Assembly: GCA_003228585.1 (NCBI GenBank)
Contig: QIEJ01000125.1
Location: 1 to 39,354, forward strand
DNA from: Pseudomonadota bacterium
Lineage (GTDB): Bacteria > BMS3Abin14
Reading direction: 5' to 3'
DNA length: 39,354 nucleotides
Below are positions 37,540-39,354 of this stretch, piece after piece; within the stretch, counting starts at the first letter, position 1, and every line of letters begins with the position of its first letter. The notes below the pieces were generated by a model. That model was not told where the DNA came from and did not search any database. It worked only from the letters and a program-made list of their open reading frames with translations. The translations under genes were made by a program, and so were the position numbers.

Positions 37540-39354
37540 CCCTCAGTATCTCCAACACGGTATTGCGGATACCGTCAACATCAATGCCCAGATCGGCCCT
37601 CAACTGGGCCTGGGATCCCTGTTCGATGAAGGCATCGGGAAGCCCCAGTCTTCTAATGGTAAAACCTTCATCGTTGTCGGCGGCCGCTTCAAGCACTGCG
37701 GATCCAAACCCGCCCATCAGGACATTTTCCTCAATAGTGAGGACTATCCCGCACTCTCTTCCCCACCGGAAGATCAGATCCGTGTCCAGGGGTTTGATGA
37801 ACCTGGCATCTATTACCGCCGCCTCTATGCCATCCTTTGAAAGGTCCTGAGCGGCTTTCAGGGCAAAATGAACACCGATACCCGCTGCAATCAGGGCGAT
37901 ATCCTTCCCCTCTCTGAGAAGTTCCCCGGTCCCTAAATCCCACACCCGGGGTTCGTTGACCGGAACACCGATACCGGACCCTCTTGGATATCTGAAAGCG
38001 CAGGGGCCTTCAAGGGACAGCGCCGTGGCAAGAGCGTCCCTCAGGGCTGCCTCATCCCTTGGAGCCATGATCGTGATGTTGGGGACATGGCGGAGATAGG
38101 AGTAGTCGAAGGTGCCGTGATGGGTAGGACCATCCTCACCCACCAGGCCGCCGCGGTCCATGGCGAAAACAACGGGCAGGTTCTGGAGACAGACATCGTG
38201 GACGATCTGATCGTAGGATCTCTGTAAAAATGTGCTGTAGATGGCCACCACAGGCCGGAAGCCCTGGGTGGCCAGGCCTGCAGCGAAGGTCACGGCATAT
38301 TGTTCAGCAATACCCACATCGAAAAACCTTTCCGGAAACATGCCGGCAAATCGGTCAAGACCTGTTCCTTCAGGCATGGCAGCGGTGATGGCGATGATTC
38401 TTTCGTCTTCCTGCGCCATATCCGTCAGGACCCGGGCAAAGACACTGGTATAGGAGGGTGGTCCCTCCTTCTTTCCGGATTCTCCGGTTTCAATATCAAA
38501 AGGTCCTATGCCGTGGAAGCTTGCCGAATGTTCCTCCGCCGGCCTGTAGCCCTTGCCCTTTTCGGTGTCCACGTGAACCAGCACCGGCCCCCCAACCCGC
38601 CGGGCATTTTTTAATGCCGGGATCAACCTGTCCAGCCGATGCCCCTTGATGGGGCCGATGTACTCGTAACCGAGTTCCTCGAATAACATGCCGGGATAAA
38701 TGAGAGCCTTGAACGACTCCTCGGCTCTTTTTGCCACCTGAAGGAACGGTTCCCCGATCTTCGGGATGCTTTTCAGGAAGTTTTCCGTTTCGGTCTTGAC
38801 CTTGGTCACAAAGTGACCGGTCAGGGTCCTGGACAGATACGAGGACATGGCGCCGACATTTGGGGAGATGGACATCTCGTTGTCGTTCAGAACGACTACA
38901 AGCCGCTCACCGCGCTCCCCGGCTTGATTGAGGCCTTCCAGGGCCAGGCCTGCTGTCAGGCTCCCATCCCCGATTACCGGCACCACAAACCCTTCCTGAC
39001 CAAGCCGCTTCATACCTTCAGCGATACCAAGTGCCGCAGAGATGGAAGTCCCGCTGTGCCCGACATCGAAAACGTCGTAAATGCTTTCCTTCCTCTTGGG
39101 GAAACCGCTGATACCGCCTTTCTGGCGAAGGGTGTGGAACTGCTCCCTGCGTCCGGTGAGAAGCTTGTGGGTGTACGCCTGATGTCCGACATCCCACACA
39201 ATCCTGTCCTCAGGCGCGCGAAAAACATAATGAAGCGCTATGGTCAGCTCGACTACACCCAGGTTGGAAGCCAGGTGCCCCCCGTTTTTCGACACGACCT
39301 GAAGGATCACCTCCCGAATTTCCTGAGCGAGCTGCTCCAGGTCCTCTATCTTCA
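37526..39354 (-). CDS. dxs: 1-deoxy-D-xylulose-5-phosphate synthase (5' end off the right edge)
   Basis: The ORF track starts at an internal GTG 39310, but the frame stays open to 39354 (..[41 protein letters not shown]). TPP motif [15 protein letters not shown]. About 20-30 N-terminal codons are missing. Confidence 0.95.
   Translation of the reverse strand, partial: KIEDLEQLAQEIREVILQVVSKNGGHLASNLGVVELTIALHYVFRAPEDRIVWDVGHQAYTHKLLTGRREQFHTLRQKGGISGFPKRKESIYDVFDVGHSGTSISAALGIAEGMKRLGQEGFVVPVIGDGSLTAGLALEGLNQAGERGERLVVVLNDNEMSISPNVGAMSSYLSRTLTGHFVTKVKTETENFLKSIPKIGEPFLQVAKRAEESFKALIYPGMLFEELGYEYIGPIKGHRLDRLIPALKNARRVGGPVLVHVDTEKGKGYRPAEEHSASFHGIGPFDIETGESGKKEGPPSYTSVFARVLTDMAQEDERIIAITAAMPEGTGLDRFAGMFPERFFDVGIAEQYAVTFAAGLATQGFRPVVAIYSTFLQRSYDQIVHDVCLQNLPVVFAMDRGGLVGEDGPTHHGTFDYSYLRHVPNITIMAPRDEAALRDALATALSLEGPCAFRYPRGSGIGVPVNEPRVWDLGTGELLREGKDIALIAAGIGVHFALKAAQDLSKDGIEAAVIDARFIKPLDTDLIFRWGRECGIVLTIEENVLMGGFGSAVLEAAADNDEGFTIRRLGLPDAFIEQGSQAQLRADLGIDVDGIRNTVLEILRDVKT

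Overview
This 39,354-bp window (roughly mid-50s % GC by eye) is a dense block of core housekeeping genes. I can support 34 protein-coding genes, and all of them lie on the minus strand. Many are coupled by 1-14 nt start/stop overlaps. In transcription order (right to left) they are: dxs (5' end off window), tlyA, nadK, recN, a small GNAT acetyltransferase, a PmbA/TldE-family protein, an M23 peptidase, secA, a REC-GAF-histidine kinase, argJ, rpsB, tsf, pyrH, frr, uppS, cdsA, dxr, rseP, ispG, proS, rimP, nusA, a fused YlxR/L7Ae protein, infB, DUF503 (YlxP-like), rbfA, truB, rpsO, pnp, an M16 peptidase, dut, an MBL-fold hydrolase, purB and purL (3' end off window). The nusA-infB-rbfA-truB-rpsO-pnp-M16-dut order and the uppS-cdsA-dxr-rseP-ispG cluster resemble Geobacter-type deltaproteobacterial (Desulfobacterota-like) synteny. 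That taxonomic guess is from memory of gene order and has low confidence. I find no tRNA, rRNA, CRISPR array, integrase, transposase, toxin-antitoxin pair or recognisable defence gene. The coding content therefore looks ordinary, and I do not claim a new protein-based system. The one feature the gene map does not explain is in the non-coding DNA. Seven of the ten intergenic spacers longer than 50 bp contain tandem arrays with strict 7-nt periodicity and a shared degenerate unit, about RTTYCAG or its complement CTGRAAY. Some arrays are direct. Others form inverted pairs that fold into long, periodically interrupted hairpins. Secondary observations are a palindromic GTCAYYGCGAG-type element overlapping the proS 3' end, a YlxR-YlxQ gene fusion, an orphan REC-GAF-kinase translationally coupled to argJ, and two long ORF-free leaders upstream of purB and rpsB. 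All calls come from reading the sequence and ORF track by eye. No database search or statistics were run.
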